From the IMG/VR virus record IMGVR_UViG_3300032241_002115, positions 1-58,543 of that record: 58,543 nt of DNA; one strand, written 5' to 3'. Position 1 is the first letter of the stretch, and the number at the start of each line of letters is the position of its first letter. Source of the DNA: a virus (Duplodnaviria > Caudoviricetes). A program made the position numbers and the translations under genes. Below the pieces are notes generated by a model. The model was given only the letters and a program-made list of their open reading frames with translations, did no database searches and was not told the origin of the DNA. This document shows, in pieces, positions 45,401 to 54,938 of this stretch.

Positions 45401-46424
45401 TACTATAGTTACTGGAACTTTAACAGCTAGTGGGACAACTGTACTTCCAAATACCACAGTTACGGGTTCATTAACTGTATCGGGAGCCACAACTGTTAGT
45501 GGTTTTACTAATACTGGTAATGAAACAATATCTGGCACAATATCTGCACCTAACTCATCACTTAGTAACGTACAGATATTTACTGTAACTGGAACCAACA
45601 CCTGGACAAAGCCAACTAACTTTACTCCTACCAACCTTAGAGTTATTTGTGTAGGTGGAGGCGGTGGTGGAGGGAGTGGTGCAAAAGCAGGTAGCAATGC
45701 TGGAGGCGGGGGCGGAGGCGGCAGCGCTGCTGTAGCAGAAGCATCATTTAGTTACGCTAGCGATTTGGGTAGCCCTAGCTCTATAACACTTACCGTTGGT
45801 AGTGGTGGATCTGGTGGTGCCGCAGTATCAGCTTCCGGAACTCAGGGGAATAATGGTGGAAATGGTGGCGCTAGCTATTTTGGTAGTGCTACTGCTAGCG
45901 GATCTTACCTGTATGCAGCACCTGGGTTAGGTGGATCTGGTGGAGCAACTACTGGAGCAGGCGGTGGTGGTAACTATGGCTCTGGTCAATGGATAGGTGC
46001 CTATGGAGGTACTGGTGGTACTGGTACTGGTGGTACTGGTACTGGTTATACTGGAAATAATGGAACATACAACGGCGGCGGCGGCGGTGGTGGTGGCAAT
46101 GGCAATGGTGGCGCTGGTGGGATACCAATCATACAGTCACAGCTAACTCCAGCTGCTGGTGATTCTAATACTGGTGGCGGTGGCGTTGGTGGAGCAGGGC
46201 AAGCATCTACTGGATCGTCAACTTATGGCTACATAACCGGTGGTGGCGGTGGTGGAAGAGGAGTTGGAGGTGGGTACCTACCTGGTTCTGGTGGAAAAGG
46301 CGGTATAGGGTCTGGCGGTGGCGGTGGTGGTGCGCAGACTGGTTCTCAAAGCTCTGGTTCAGGATCTAACTCTGGAACTGGTGGGAATGGCGGTAATGGA
46401 ATAGTGATAGTGATAGCGACATGA
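42456..46424 (+). CDS. long fibre protein: Gly-X-Gln collagen region, duplicated beta domains, Gly-rich C-terminus
   Basis: (GxQ)n at about 42945-43680; two SDNG...LPSGG..PWF...WSDG domains; polyGly tail. Confidence 0.85.
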   Translation: MALIIPESQSSPTWPAQAVLDNTDLNSLYLLGQATGVISGFVLSGSLSNPSSTIISGNITSGTYTISGTYTSVSSSNFITLPASTGDRRDIVVASGTTISVIKGNAITIAGWNNSSLVDPPVKPAVPSGCMLIAEVYIPGTSVFTALDNSWYIDKTAIFVPIPGPQGVQGNQGVQGNQGVQGNQGSLGSQGTQGYQGLSGTQGSQGANGLQGNQGQQGLQGYQGLQGYQGNQGQQGLQGYQGNQGLQGYQGLQGAIGLQGYQGYQGPQGSQGYQGNQGYQGYQSSVQGPQGYQGYQGFLGAQGLQGFQGVVTGSTPPSDVGILFLDTTASGYGTQGPQGFQGYQGFQGSQGYQSGVQGYQGYQGYQGNQGFQGVIGNTGAQGYQGYQGYQGNQGFQGYQGSQGFQGFQGTVQIANTTVTSGTTNYIASSSDNGKMILISGASPNLILPSGGLPAPWFATYVNIGTGQMIVGKSGTDSTTQLNRSSSSYFPTAAQPFFVWSDGTQYFCNPGLTAQAYTFALAGPNITLTGTSGSLPTNSKVVYNGNANANFTIPYSTNQNTGQPQYLTNASNYSITIAPVSGTLYVGTNAISGSSSYTLGPGTSMMYSATSNTTLYAIDIGGTSQVAGPVLTVTGTAYTAQTSDNGRTIQFTNTGTSSYTLPSGGMTPPWFVTAVAISGNAQFYTAPASGATLNGLSNSTQFGLYSTVGKPMFIWSDGSNYYANLGMSQNAYAKAYNESTTQIFTGSSGQMNFGSRVVYSGTGNSTITLPQYGGNFPLANTLINVSATGVVTIGINPSQTLYAGTASYVSGTGPVFTVPPGGSYNFQSQASNTIYAYAASPQTITGDLTVNSIGAATVVSSSGNFTVGSGLTVSGTSTHIGAATFSGTVSISGNAVLTSGYGAGGDLTGTYPSPTLAAAGTSGTYGSASLVPIITTDTKGRVTSVSTAAPLDATKLPTSGGTINGNLVVASGLTVSGTSTLNTTIVTGTLTASGTTVLPNTTVTGSLTVSGATTVSGFTNTGNETISGTISAPNSSLSNVQIFTVTGTNTWTKPTNFTPTNLRVICVGGGGGGGSGAKAGSNAGGGGGGGSAAVAEASFSYASDLGSPSSITLTVGSGGSGGAAVSASGTQGNNGGNGGASYFGSATASGSYLYAAPGLGGSGGATTGAGGGGNYGSGQWIGAYGGTGGTGTGGTGTGYTGNNGTYNGGGGGGGGNGNGGAGGIPIIQSQLTPAAGDSNTGGGGVGGAGQASTGSSTYGYITGGGGGGRGVGGGYLPGSGGKGGIGSGGGGGGAQTGSQSSGSGSNSGTGGNGGNGIVIVIAT
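42945..43682 (+). repeat. 9-bp-period collagen-like coding repeat
   Basis: CA[AG]GGN-NNN periodicity (GYQ, GNQ, GLQ, GFQ). Confidence 0.9.
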
Positions 46425-47539
46425 CACAACTCAAATACTTTCAACCCACAGGAAATAGTCCTTTTACTGTGCTATCGGTTAGTGGAAATACAGTTACTAT
46501 CGCCACGGTAAATACTAGCACTATAACTGCTGGCATGTCTGTGGCTAACACTGGACTAGGTATCAATACTACCGTCAATTCCATAGTAGATACTAGTCGA
46601 TTTACTGTAGCCAACTCTACGGGTATAACCAACGGTACAGTTCTCAACATCGGTACTTGGGTCAGTGCTGTAGTGGGAGCCCAGGGTTATCAAGGCGCTG
46701 CTGGTAGCCCCGGTGGAGCTCAAGGTGCCCAGGGAAATCAGGGCGGACTATCAATATTAGGGACTTCTACTCTAGCTCCAGGCAGCAATGCCACTGTAGT
46801 AGATAGTGGCACAGCCGGTAACTCTTTACTCTACTTTGGCATCCCAAGAGGATACCAAGGTTACCAGGGGTACCAGGGGAACCAGGGTTATCAGAGTAGT
46901 GTTCAAGGACCACAAGGGTTCCAGGGTTACCAGGGAGCACAGGGCAATCAAGGCTACCAGAGTAGTATTCAAGGTCCCCAAGGATATCAGGGTAGTCAAG
47001 GTTACCAAGGTCCCCAGGGCAACCAAGGAATACAAGGCAGTCAGGGTCTACAAGGAACACAAGGATACCAAGGCTATCAGGGTACTCAAGGCTACCAAGG
47101 AGTTCAGGGGTATCAGGGGCTGCAAGGAGCACAAGGATACCAAGGCAATCAAGGTAACCAAGGGTATCAATCAGGAGTGCAAGGATACCAGGGTTTTCAA
47201 GGTACACAAGGTTATCAAGGATCCCAGGGGACTCAAGGCTTTCAAGGCACGCAAGGTGGTATAGTACCAGCGACCAGTGCTAATAGCCCAGCAGCTAGTG
47301 CAACAGTTGGAACATCATCATCTGTTATATTGAATTCCAACGCAGCTAGAAAACAATTCTGGGTTACCAATACTTCAACAACAAGCATAGTTTATCTAGC
47401 ACTATCTAATAGCGGGGCTACACTAAATTCTGGAATCGCTCTTTACCCAGGACAACAATTTAGTACGATATTCTATTCTGGTGATGTATCCGCTATCAGT
47501 ACAGCAAGCGATACAATAGTAGCAATAACGGAGATCTAA
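46421..47539 (+). CDS. collagen-like fibre protein
   Basis: (GxQ)n; LYFGIPRG collagen-interrupting motif; C-terminal globular domain. Confidence 0.85.
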   Translation: MTQLKYFQPTGNSPFTVLSVSGNTVTIATVNTSTITAGMSVANTGLGINTTVNSIVDTSRFTVANSTGITNGTVLNIGTWVSAVVGAQGYQGAAGSPGGAQGAQGNQGGLSILGTSTLAPGSNATVVDSGTAGNSLLYFGIPRGYQGYQGYQGNQGYQSSVQGPQGFQGYQGAQGNQGYQSSIQGPQGYQGSQGYQGPQGNQGIQGSQGLQGTQGYQGYQGTQGYQGVQGYQGLQGAQGYQGNQGNQGYQSGVQGYQGFQGTQGYQGSQGTQGFQGTQGGIVPATSANSPAASATVGTSSSVILNSNAARKQFWVTNTSTTSIVYLALSNSGATLNSGIALYPGQQFSTIFYSGDVSAISTASDTIVAITEI

Positions 47540-47830
47540 ATGGGTGCCATATCTGCTGCAGTAAGTGCATCAGGTTTGTCTGTAGTGGTGTCAGCGAATA
47601 CCAACAGAAAGCAGCTATGGTTGCAAAATATGAGCACAGAGGGACAAATTATATATTTGAAATATGGAACCATCGGTTCCCCATCTCAAGCCGTTATTGG
47701 GCAAGGTTTCCGAATCAATCCTAATGGTGGTAATTTCTATACAACTGCTACTGGTTGGATAACTGCAACTTGTATCGGTGGAGGGCATAGCGGTACAGAT
47801 AGTGGTTTGTTGATAGGCTGGGAATTATGA
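47540..47830 (+). CDS. small fibre-associated protein
   Basis: NTNRKQLWLQN...GFRINPNGG, like the C-termini of both neighbours. Confidence 0.65.
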   Translation: MGAISAAVSASGLSVVVSANTNRKQLWLQNMSTEGQIIYLKYGTIGSPSQAVIGQGFRINPNGGNFYTTATGWITATCIGGGHSGTDSGLLIGWEL

Positions 47831-49305
47831 CACTCCAAGCTATAACATATACTGGAGCTGTTCTCGATTCTAGTGTTGACGGCAATCTAAATGATACAAG
47901 CTATAACCTGTTTGGACACTGGGCAATGAATGAAACTAGCGGAACAGTACTGAATGGGTTGAATGCATATGGAGTAACCAGCTCATCATTGCAAGGAACA
48001 TACAGGAGTGGATCCACACTTGGACAGCCTTCCATAATGCCCGGGTTATCAGATACATCTGTATACTCGAATGGTGACACCAGTGTTGGTGGTTCTTATA
48101 TAAATAATAATAGTGATATTAACAATTTTACTAATAATGAAACTTTTGTTTTTAATGCGTGGGTACAGCCGAATCAAACTCCTCAACCGTATTTTTTCAA
48201 AGGAGCAACAGCAACTGTATCTGGTAGCACTATGAGTTTGACCTCATCTAGCGCCTCCACTATAAGCGGATATATGAAAACATATATTGATGGTTATAAT
48301 TCTGGCACTAACAATTATTTTATTCAAGTGGTAGGTAGTGGTATACCAGCTGGCACTACGGTTTCTACAGTATCTTATTCTGGTACAAAATTAAATATCA
48401 CTTTAAATAAATCATCAACAGTATCTGGTAGTTATAATATTACTAACGGTGTTGACATATCAGTCGCTGATACATCACAATCATTTGGATATATCACCTG
48501 GAAGCCTAATGACTTTTCATTCACAGCTGATGCACAGATCGGTGGATTACGACTTGGTTCTTTTACTAGCACCATATCAGGTTATTCTCCTTCTGATGCA
48601 TTGAGTTGGGGTGATCCTTACATGCTCACTTGCCAAATAAATTCAAGGGTTGGTGTAGCAGATTTTTATTTTTGGGTTAACAGTGTGTACCTAGGCACAA
48701 CTAGTGTTTCTGGGACTATTCGTGCAACTACTTCTTCTAATATTTATTTTGGAGTTTCTCCAGTACCACAAAATAAATATGGTAGCAGAGCATTATATAC
48801 TAATAACATGCAGCATGTTACATTCTCTAATACCAGATCATTAGCAACCTGGGCATTACAAAATCTGTATGTGATAGGAACTCAAGGCACGCTGTACTAT
48901 GATCCAAGCATACCAAATGGTTATAATTACCGCTATCCAGCTGTAGTCAGTGGGTCAACGTATGTAAAGATGCCTGCGAGTGTGAATGTATATCCCTGGG
49001 AAACAACAATTGCTCCTGCTAACCCTAGCCGTAAAAGTATTACTCTAGTCAATGATAGCCCTGGTTATATAATGATAGGATTATGCTATACAGATTATAC
49101 CACTACGAATACCAGTTCTAGCCCGCTATCTTTGAATCGACCTGACTATTCCAATGGAATGACACCACCCAGCTACAAACGGCCTGGCATAGTCTTGCAA
49201 CCACGTGGTGGAACTTGGTCAAGCGATTACTACCAAGGCCCAATTTCAGCAGTATCTGATCTATATTCCGGGTACTATAACCTAACAGCGATAGAGGACG
49301 TGTAA
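47827..49305 (+). CDS. LamG/concanavalin-A-like domain fibre protein
   Basis: GHWAMNETSGT...TLGQPS...FNAWV...FWVNS pattern. Confidence 0.65.
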   Translation: MTLQAITYTGAVLDSSVDGNLNDTSYNLFGHWAMNETSGTVLNGLNAYGVTSSSLQGTYRSGSTLGQPSIMPGLSDTSVYSNGDTSVGGSYINNNSDINNFTNNETFVFNAWVQPNQTPQPYFFKGATATVSGSTMSLTSSSASTISGYMKTYIDGYNSGTNNYFIQVVGSGIPAGTTVSTVSYSGTKLNITLNKSSTVSGSYNITNGVDISVADTSQSFGYITWKPNDFSFTADAQIGGLRLGSFTSTISGYSPSDALSWGDPYMLTCQINSRVGVADFYFWVNSVYLGTTSVSGTIRATTSSNIYFGVSPVPQNKYGSRALYTNNMQHVTFSNTRSLATWALQNLYVIGTQGTLYYDPSIPNGYNYRYPAVVSGSTYVKMPASVNVYPWETTIAPANPSRKSITLVNDSPGYIMIGLCYTDYTTTNTSSSPLSLNRPDYSNGMTPPSYKRPGIVLQPRGGTWSSDYYQGPISAVSDLYSGYYNLTAIEDV

Positions 49306-49306
49306 C

Positions 49307-51439
49307 ATGCTAATGACCGGAACGCTCGTTGGCAATACAGTCACCCTAACATCAGGCACGCTTTCTCAGTGGGTACAGAATCTTAATACCGACCAGATGA
49401 CAATGGTTCAAGTGGCTGGTTATGACTCTAACAATAATCAAATAATAGGAAGTACAAAAAACCCATACCCTGGCGATCCAACATATACAATTACTGGGAC
49501 AAACTATTACAATTCACCGAATGCATTCATTACATCGATCAATAGCTCTACAGAGTTCAATGTCAGCGGTTCATGGACAGGTACATCGGGTATAAAAATA
49601 ATCATTTCTGCACCTTTGTATGATCTTTATGGCGTCGTTGGTAGAAGCAGTTCTCCTGTATCTGGGCCGCCATATCCATCGACACAAAACCCAAACTGGT
49701 ATAATTCAGACGGTCAGCCTCCATACTTTTTATTGATAGCTACTATAACAGATATCAATGCTAGCCCACCATATACCACTTTCAATATACAAACTGACCT
49801 TACTTCTACACAGAGAGGAATGTGGGTAGGTAACTACATATCTGGCGGATCAAGCCTGACTGGTGGCGTTGTCATACCTGTTGGTTCTAAGATCATTGCG
49901 ACAAACAATTTTGGACCTACCAGTAGTAACCCTACATTCACTATTGATCATCAATGTTTACAAAGCAATGGTACACAGGCTACAGTTGGAACAACTATAT
50001 TTAATGTATACAGTCATAGTACTGGAGCAGGTTTTAATGGTGCTGACCAGGGGAGATCAGTTGATCTAGGGCCAATGGGAATTTCTGGAACCAGTCTAAC
50101 ACTATGGGCTGACACTGTGTGGACAAAGTACCCGCGACAAAATCGTTATGGATCTAACGCACCATATCTGGTGCACTGTACTGGGCTGTTGCAGACTGGT
50201 AGCTATGACGTAACCAATGCTTCTTATAATTTTATATCTGGTAGGCAAGATACTGCTAACCCTAGGGGTTTTGTGCCACCATATTGGCCTGCAACTACAC
50301 AAGGAACATATGGCCCATACTATACGGCTGGTGATTCTTTGATAATTGGAGGATCTGCATTATTTATGTACTCTGCTTCTGCTCAAAGATCTTTATTCGC
50401 TAGGGTAGATAATGTAATATCTTCCAGCAATCCTGCATCAGTTATCAACAGCTGTGTTACGACATCTGGTAGTAGGAAAGTGACTGTAACCGGCTTTGGT
50501 TCTGCAATATTTCAGCATGCTAGAATTAGTGGCACAGGCATACCATATGGTGCGTGTGTGGATACAATACCTACTGGTAATACTTTCTATATGAATCTGC
50601 CAGCTACAGCTACTGCTACAAGTTCTTTAAGTTTCTATACTAATAATCTTAACACTAATACTGACACTTGGGTATATACAGAAATAGATCATCCATGGGC
50701 AGAAGGTTTGCAGCGTGTTAACGCTAACCAGGCAGGATTCTATAGCAATCCGAATGTTAAATGGACTGTTAGTGGTGTAAACGTATGCGGTGATGGATAT
50801 ATATATACCATTGGTTCAGCTATAAGGTTCCCTTACCAGGATCTATTCACTAATAACCCGTTCGGCAACGCGGAGCGCTGGCTGGGTTCTACTGCTCCAA
50901 CCTGGAATGGCAGCCCAGCGCCTTCTTATGTTGTAGATGATGGTTCTGGTATAATACCACCTGCTAATACTTCTGGCTGGGTGCGACAGGATTTCATACA
51001 AAACGATGAGCACCTTTTGGGTTTGGTGCAGCAGAATGCACCTGGCGTTGTTATAACCAATTTTCATCAAAGATCTGACGGTACTTATCTGGGTATTGGT
51101 ATAGCACAGGTAATTATTGATAGGGCCTACACTGAGCGTTGTATCAGACTTTATACCTCAAACAACCTAACTGGACCTTGGGATACCAGATATGCAACTT
51201 TCGCATTCAATAATATAACATATTATAACAGCGATTTGCATGGACCATATGCTACTACAAGCATGTGGATGTATGCTCCTTTCTTTCATCCAGATATAGC
51301 CTGGCCAGGGCAAGGGCAAGATGATTTTGCTATAAGCTATACAAACTTTTCTGACAATCCTGCAGCAACTGGTCAGTCAGCAGGTTGGGCTAACCCACAA
51401 AAATATTGGACGAATATGTGGATTGTGAGTGGTCTATGA
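49307..51439 (+). CDS. putative virion beta-propeller glycan hydrolase (DUF4185/DUF5005-like)
   Basis: GADQGRSVDL...LWADT, DGYIYTIG, LTGPW, YAPFFHPD, ISYT. Confidence 0.5.
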   Translation: MLMTGTLVGNTVTLTSGTLSQWVQNLNTDQMTMVQVAGYDSNNNQIIGSTKNPYPGDPTYTITGTNYYNSPNAFITSINSSTEFNVSGSWTGTSGIKIIISAPLYDLYGVVGRSSSPVSGPPYPSTQNPNWYNSDGQPPYFLLIATITDINASPPYTTFNIQTDLTSTQRGMWVGNYISGGSSLTGGVVIPVGSKIIATNNFGPTSSNPTFTIDHQCLQSNGTQATVGTTIFNVYSHSTGAGFNGADQGRSVDLGPMGISGTSLTLWADTVWTKYPRQNRYGSNAPYLVHCTGLLQTGSYDVTNASYNFISGRQDTANPRGFVPPYWPATTQGTYGPYYTAGDSLIIGGSALFMYSASAQRSLFARVDNVISSSNPASVINSCVTTSGSRKVTVTGFGSAIFQHARISGTGIPYGACVDTIPTGNTFYMNLPATATATSSLSFYTNNLNTNTDTWVYTEIDHPWAEGLQRVNANQAGFYSNPNVKWTVSGVNVCGDGYIYTIGSAIRFPYQDLFTNNPFGNAERWLGSTAPTWNGSPAPSYVVDDGSGIIPPANTSGWVRQDFIQNDEHLLGLVQQNAPGVVITNFHQRSDGTYLGIGIAQVIIDRAYTERCIRLYTSNNLTGPWDTRYATFAFNNITYYNSDLHGPYATTSMWMYAPFFHPDIAWPGQGQDDFAISYTNFSDNPAATGQSAGWANPQKYWTNMWIVSGL

Positions 51440-51834
51440 GTGAGAACAGAAGAACTCGTGATTATTTGATCAATAATAGACCGATACCACCTCAAGTAGG
51501 CCTCACAGCTTTAGGATCATTTAAACTTGGTGGTCAAAGATTCTCTATGGTTGACATTGATTCTGCAAGCAGATCAATAATAATTTCTTTGAAAATTAGT
51601 TCAAGTAATCCAACAAAAACAATGCGGAATTTATCAGATCCGATAGGTGGGTTCACTGTAGAAGATAATGTTGATACTATTGGCAATATAACCAATGAGT
51701 TTGATCAACCAGCAGCTGATTACGTAATAGAACAAATAACTGATTCGCAAGAGCGGTCAGAACCAGAGATGACCGTGCCAGAGGATTATGCCGAGCCAGA
51801 TCGTCCTGCTGGTGGGGATACTGTCCCAACCTGA
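51436..51834 (+). CDS. hypothetical protein
   Basis: ATGA overlap. Confidence 0.55.
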   Translation: MSENRRTRDYLINNRPIPPQVGLTALGSFKLGGQRFSMVDIDSASRSIIISLKISSSNPTKTMRNLSDPIGGFTVEDNVDTIGNITNEFDQPAADYVIEQITDSQERSEPEMTVPEDYAEPDRPAGGDTVPT

Positions 51835-51835
51835 A

Positions 51836-51862
51836 TGTAAAACCCCGTTGCTTTTACACTAG
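51836..51862 (+). promoter_or_regulatory. putative phage late promoter
   Basis: TGTAAAA-N15-ACTAG. Confidence 0.6.
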
Positions 51863-51889
51863 GTAATACAGACCAAACAGGAGAAAACA

Positions 51890-52396
51890 ATGACTGACGC
51901 AAGATATGATATCGTACAAAATGGCAAGTGGTTCTTGGCCAACAAGGCTCACTTCAACTACACCGAGGGCGCAGGCCGTATGGCCTACGAGCATCTGAGC
52001 AAGCCAGTCTGGCCTGTCAACACCGACTGCAGCGGCTTCTTCACACTGTGCTACTACAGTGCAGGAGCCAATGACCCCAACGGTGCTAACTATGCTGGAT
52101 GGGGATATACCGGAACTCTATTGCAGCACGGTATTCATGTTCCAGCTGCCCAGGCCATGCCGGGTGACGCAGTGGTGTATGGCCCTGGAACTGGTGAGCA
52201 CGTGGCTCTGGTTGTATCTAACACTAATGGTGACATCCTTACCATCAGCAACGGTCAGCAGGGTGACCCCAGCTACACCTGGGTAAACCACCCTGTCCAT
52301 GCCCCTCAGCAGGGCTATGCAATCGATGGCCGTCAGCCACAGACTTTCCTGCGTTTCAACACAACAAAAGTACGTCCAGCCTGGAAGCTAGCCTAG
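51890..52396 (+). CDS. NlpC/P60 peptidoglycan endopeptidase
   Basis: TDCSGF (Cys), GYTGTL, PGD, EHVALV (His). Confidence 0.85.
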   Translation: MTDARYDIVQNGKWFLANKAHFNYTEGAGRMAYEHLSKPVWPVNTDCSGFFTLCYYSAGANDPNGANYAGWGYTGTLLQHGIHVPAAQAMPGDAVVYGPGTGEHVALVVSNTNGDILTISNGQQGDPSYTWVNHPVHAPQQGYAIDGRQPQTFLRFNTTKVRPAWKLA

Positions 52397-52404
52397 GATA
52401 AAGC

Positions 52405-53361
52405 ATGGCATCTCGTTATCGCGGTAATTTTCTATACGGTACACTGAGTGGTTTCAACACCTCTCAGACTACCTTTACCGGTACAGGTTTTCCTACAAAC
52501 CTAACCACTGGCACTTACCTGCCCATCATCATTAATCCTGGTTATAATGGTGCTACTGCTAGTAGCGAGATCGTTTATGTTACAGGAATCACTGGCGCTG
52601 GAACCGTTATAACGGTAAGCGGTCGTGGCTTTGAAGGAACTACTGCTACCAGTGGTAGTACAGGTGACCAATGGGTATCTGGTCCACTGGCCAGTGATTT
52701 TGGCATCAGCAACCAGATCGCCAACGGCGATTTCCCAACTCCAGCATCTGGTCAGCTATTGGTAGCTACTAGTGCTAGCGGCGTAACGTTCACAAACTCT
52801 GGATTGACTATAAGTGGTAGTACTATCAAAAACAGTACAATTGGTTCTGGGAATGTAGTATCACCGTCTGCTATCACTAGTGGAACATTAGGCCAAATCA
52901 TGGTAACCACTAATAGTGGGGCTGGTTGGGTATCTATAAATAATAACTATGCCGGCCCTGGTGGTGCATCGACTACTACTTTTGCTGGTACTAACGGTGG
53001 AACTGCTATAAGTATAGCAGTTAGTGGAAATAATTTCTATCAGGTATATACAAGATGCAATTTATATTCTGCAAGTTCATTTGCAGTCATAGCTGGTCTT
53101 ACTATATACGCTAGTATATCAACGTATTTTGGAGGCACGCTATTCCCTCTTGGCCCTTCATCTGTTGGACAAATTCAGGCGTCTGGTGTTGCTAACGGTC
53201 AGAGTTATGAGTTTAGTAATTTTGCTACGCTATCAATGCCTGCTTATAGTTCTAGCAGTTCTACTGTTGTTAACTTTTATTGCATTGTTGATGTAGAAGA
53301 TAGCTCTGGTAGGCCTATAGGCTACAGCCGTGGAATAGTCAATGTAACAGGCATAGGTTAA
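52405..53361 (+). CDS. S/G/T-rich virion fibre/appendage protein
   Basis: SEIVYVT...GRGFEGT motif. Confidence 0.7.
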   Translation: MASRYRGNFLYGTLSGFNTSQTTFTGTGFPTNLTTGTYLPIIINPGYNGATASSEIVYVTGITGAGTVITVSGRGFEGTTATSGSTGDQWVSGPLASDFGISNQIANGDFPTPASGQLLVATSASGVTFTNSGLTISGSTIKNSTIGSGNVVSPSAITSGTLGQIMVTTNSGAGWVSINNNYAGPGGASTTTFAGTNGGTAISIAVSGNNFYQVYTRCNLYSASSFAVIAGLTIYASISTYFGGTLFPLGPSSVGQIQASGVANGQSYEFSNFATLSMPAYSSSSSTVVNFYCIVDVEDSSGRPIGYSRGIVNVTGIG

Positions 53362-54251
53362 TGAGAGTACGCCCTTTCCCACAATATGCAGTAGAACCCG
53401 TTGGAATAATGACTTATTCCAATGGCGTGCTAACTGACCCTGATCTGATAACGGTGAGCGGCAATACTTTCCCTGATGTAAGTGTGAGCATAACCAGCAC
53501 TGATGGCAGCATAACAATAGTACCATCGGGCACATATGCCACCCAAGAGAGCACAGGAACTTTCCAGTACATGCTGGACAGCTCACAGACTGCTATCCAG
53601 GGTAACTATAATGTCAACTGGCAGTACACGGTGAATGGTAGTGCCAGGCAGTACACTGACCAGCTGGTAATAACAGACCAGATGCCCTACTGGAGCAATC
53701 TGAGTTATGATGAGCGTCAGCTGGCAGCAGGAATAGTGCACCGACTGGACAAGAGCTTTGACAGCACCAGTGGTGGTCCTTACCTGCAGGAGATGCAGCA
53801 GAGTGGTTTCTTGATGTACGAAGAAGTTGCCATGGTTATGAGTACTGAAGCTATTGACTATATTAACTTTGAATTCCAGCCGGTATTCAGTCCTGCTTAT
53901 GAGATTGGTGCTAGTGCAGCAGTAATTTTCCCCAGCAACTGGTACGGTGTTCTGGCAAGCCAGACCTACGCTCACTTCCTCAAACACATTGCTCGTAACT
54001 ACATCGAGCAGCCAACACCCAACGGTATGAACGCTGCCTGGATGGACCGCCGTGACTACTATCAGCGATGGTGGCAGCTGTATCTGTTCGACAAGGAAAT
54101 CGCTGACAAGCAGCTACGACAGATGAAGCGTAGCTTCATGGTAGGGAGCAAGCGCAGTCTGCTGGTCGCCGGTGGACTTATCCCCAGAATGTTTGTGAAC
54201 CCTGCACGACCTCACTTCCAATACGCTAGCGCCAACATGGGTGGCGTATAA
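53361..54251 (+). CDS. head-tail adaptor (neck) protein
   Basis: Ig-like N-terminus plus helical C-terminus (DRRDYYQRW); start of the neck cluster. Confidence 0.65.
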   Translation: MRVRPFPQYAVEPVGIMTYSNGVLTDPDLITVSGNTFPDVSVSITSTDGSITIVPSGTYATQESTGTFQYMLDSSQTAIQGNYNVNWQYTVNGSARQYTDQLVITDQMPYWSNLSYDERQLAAGIVHRLDKSFDSTSGGPYLQEMQQSGFLMYEEVAMVMSTEAIDYINFEFQPVFSPAYEIGASAAVIFPSNWYGVLASQTYAHFLKHIARNYIEQPTPNGMNAAWMDRRDYYQRWWQLYLFDKEIADKQLRQMKRSFMVGSKRSLLVAGGLIPRMFVNPARPHFQYASANMGGV

Positions 54252-54254
54252 AAA

Positions 54255-54938
54255 ATGTCTGGTATTGACCCCGCTCCGCTACCACTAGTGCAAGAGGGAG
54301 ATCTTTACTACCAGAAAGAAAGTCCATTGCTAGTAGTAAAGCAGCGGGACATCTGGGCAGAGATCGACCAGCAGCGCTTCCATGATGAAGCCTTACAATG
54401 GTACGGTGAGCAGATTATTGTCAGGCAGCTCTGGCGTGCAGAAGATGCTGCACTGGGGCTAGTAGGTTACTGCCAGCAGTGTCAGGATAGTGTTGATCCT
54501 ACCAACCCTAATGCTTCTGTGCAGTCTCGTGTTAGCAATGTGTACAAGCAGTCAGGCAATAGCTTTTGCCCAAATTGTTATGGAACAACATTCAATGGGG
54601 GCTTCAAGCCAACCTGTTATCACCTGTACATGCTAGCCGCTGATACCCCACAGATCCGTGCCAACATCAGTACCGGTCAGTTCTGGAGAGACAACCCAAC
54701 CATACAGATGTCCTGGTTCCCAGAGATCAGAGTCGGTGACCTGTTGGTAAGAGTGCTTTCCTGGGATGGTGACACACCTACTGCTACAGGAGATAGGTTC
54801 GAAGTTAGTGCAGTAAATGTGCAGACTGTAAGGACTGGTCCTGGAATCAGCTATGACACAACAAAAATAGTAAATCAGTTCACAACCATTTACAATCTGC
54901 CAATAACACATCCCTACTACAACGTGCCGATAATATGA
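54255..54938 (+). CDS. head closure/stopper protein
   Basis: ALQWYGEQ, CQQC/CPNCYGT, VGDLLVR...RFEV. Confidence 0.6.
   Translation: MSGIDPAPLPLVQEGDLYYQKESPLLVVKQRDIWAEIDQQRFHDEALQWYGEQIIVRQLWRAEDAALGLVGYCQQCQDSVDPTNPNASVQSRVSNVYKQSGNSFCPNCYGTTFNGGFKPTCYHLYMLAADTPQIRANISTGQFWRDNPTIQMSWFPEIRVGDLLVRVLSWDGDTPTATGDRFEVSAVNVQTVRTGPGISYDTTKIVNQFTTIYNLPITHPYYNVPII

Noticed and set aside
42945-47260. CRISPR array or non-coding tandem repeat
   Set aside because: The 9-bp periodic, synonymous-variable repeats are in frame and encode collagen-like protein. I saw no repeat-spacer structure anywhere in the window.
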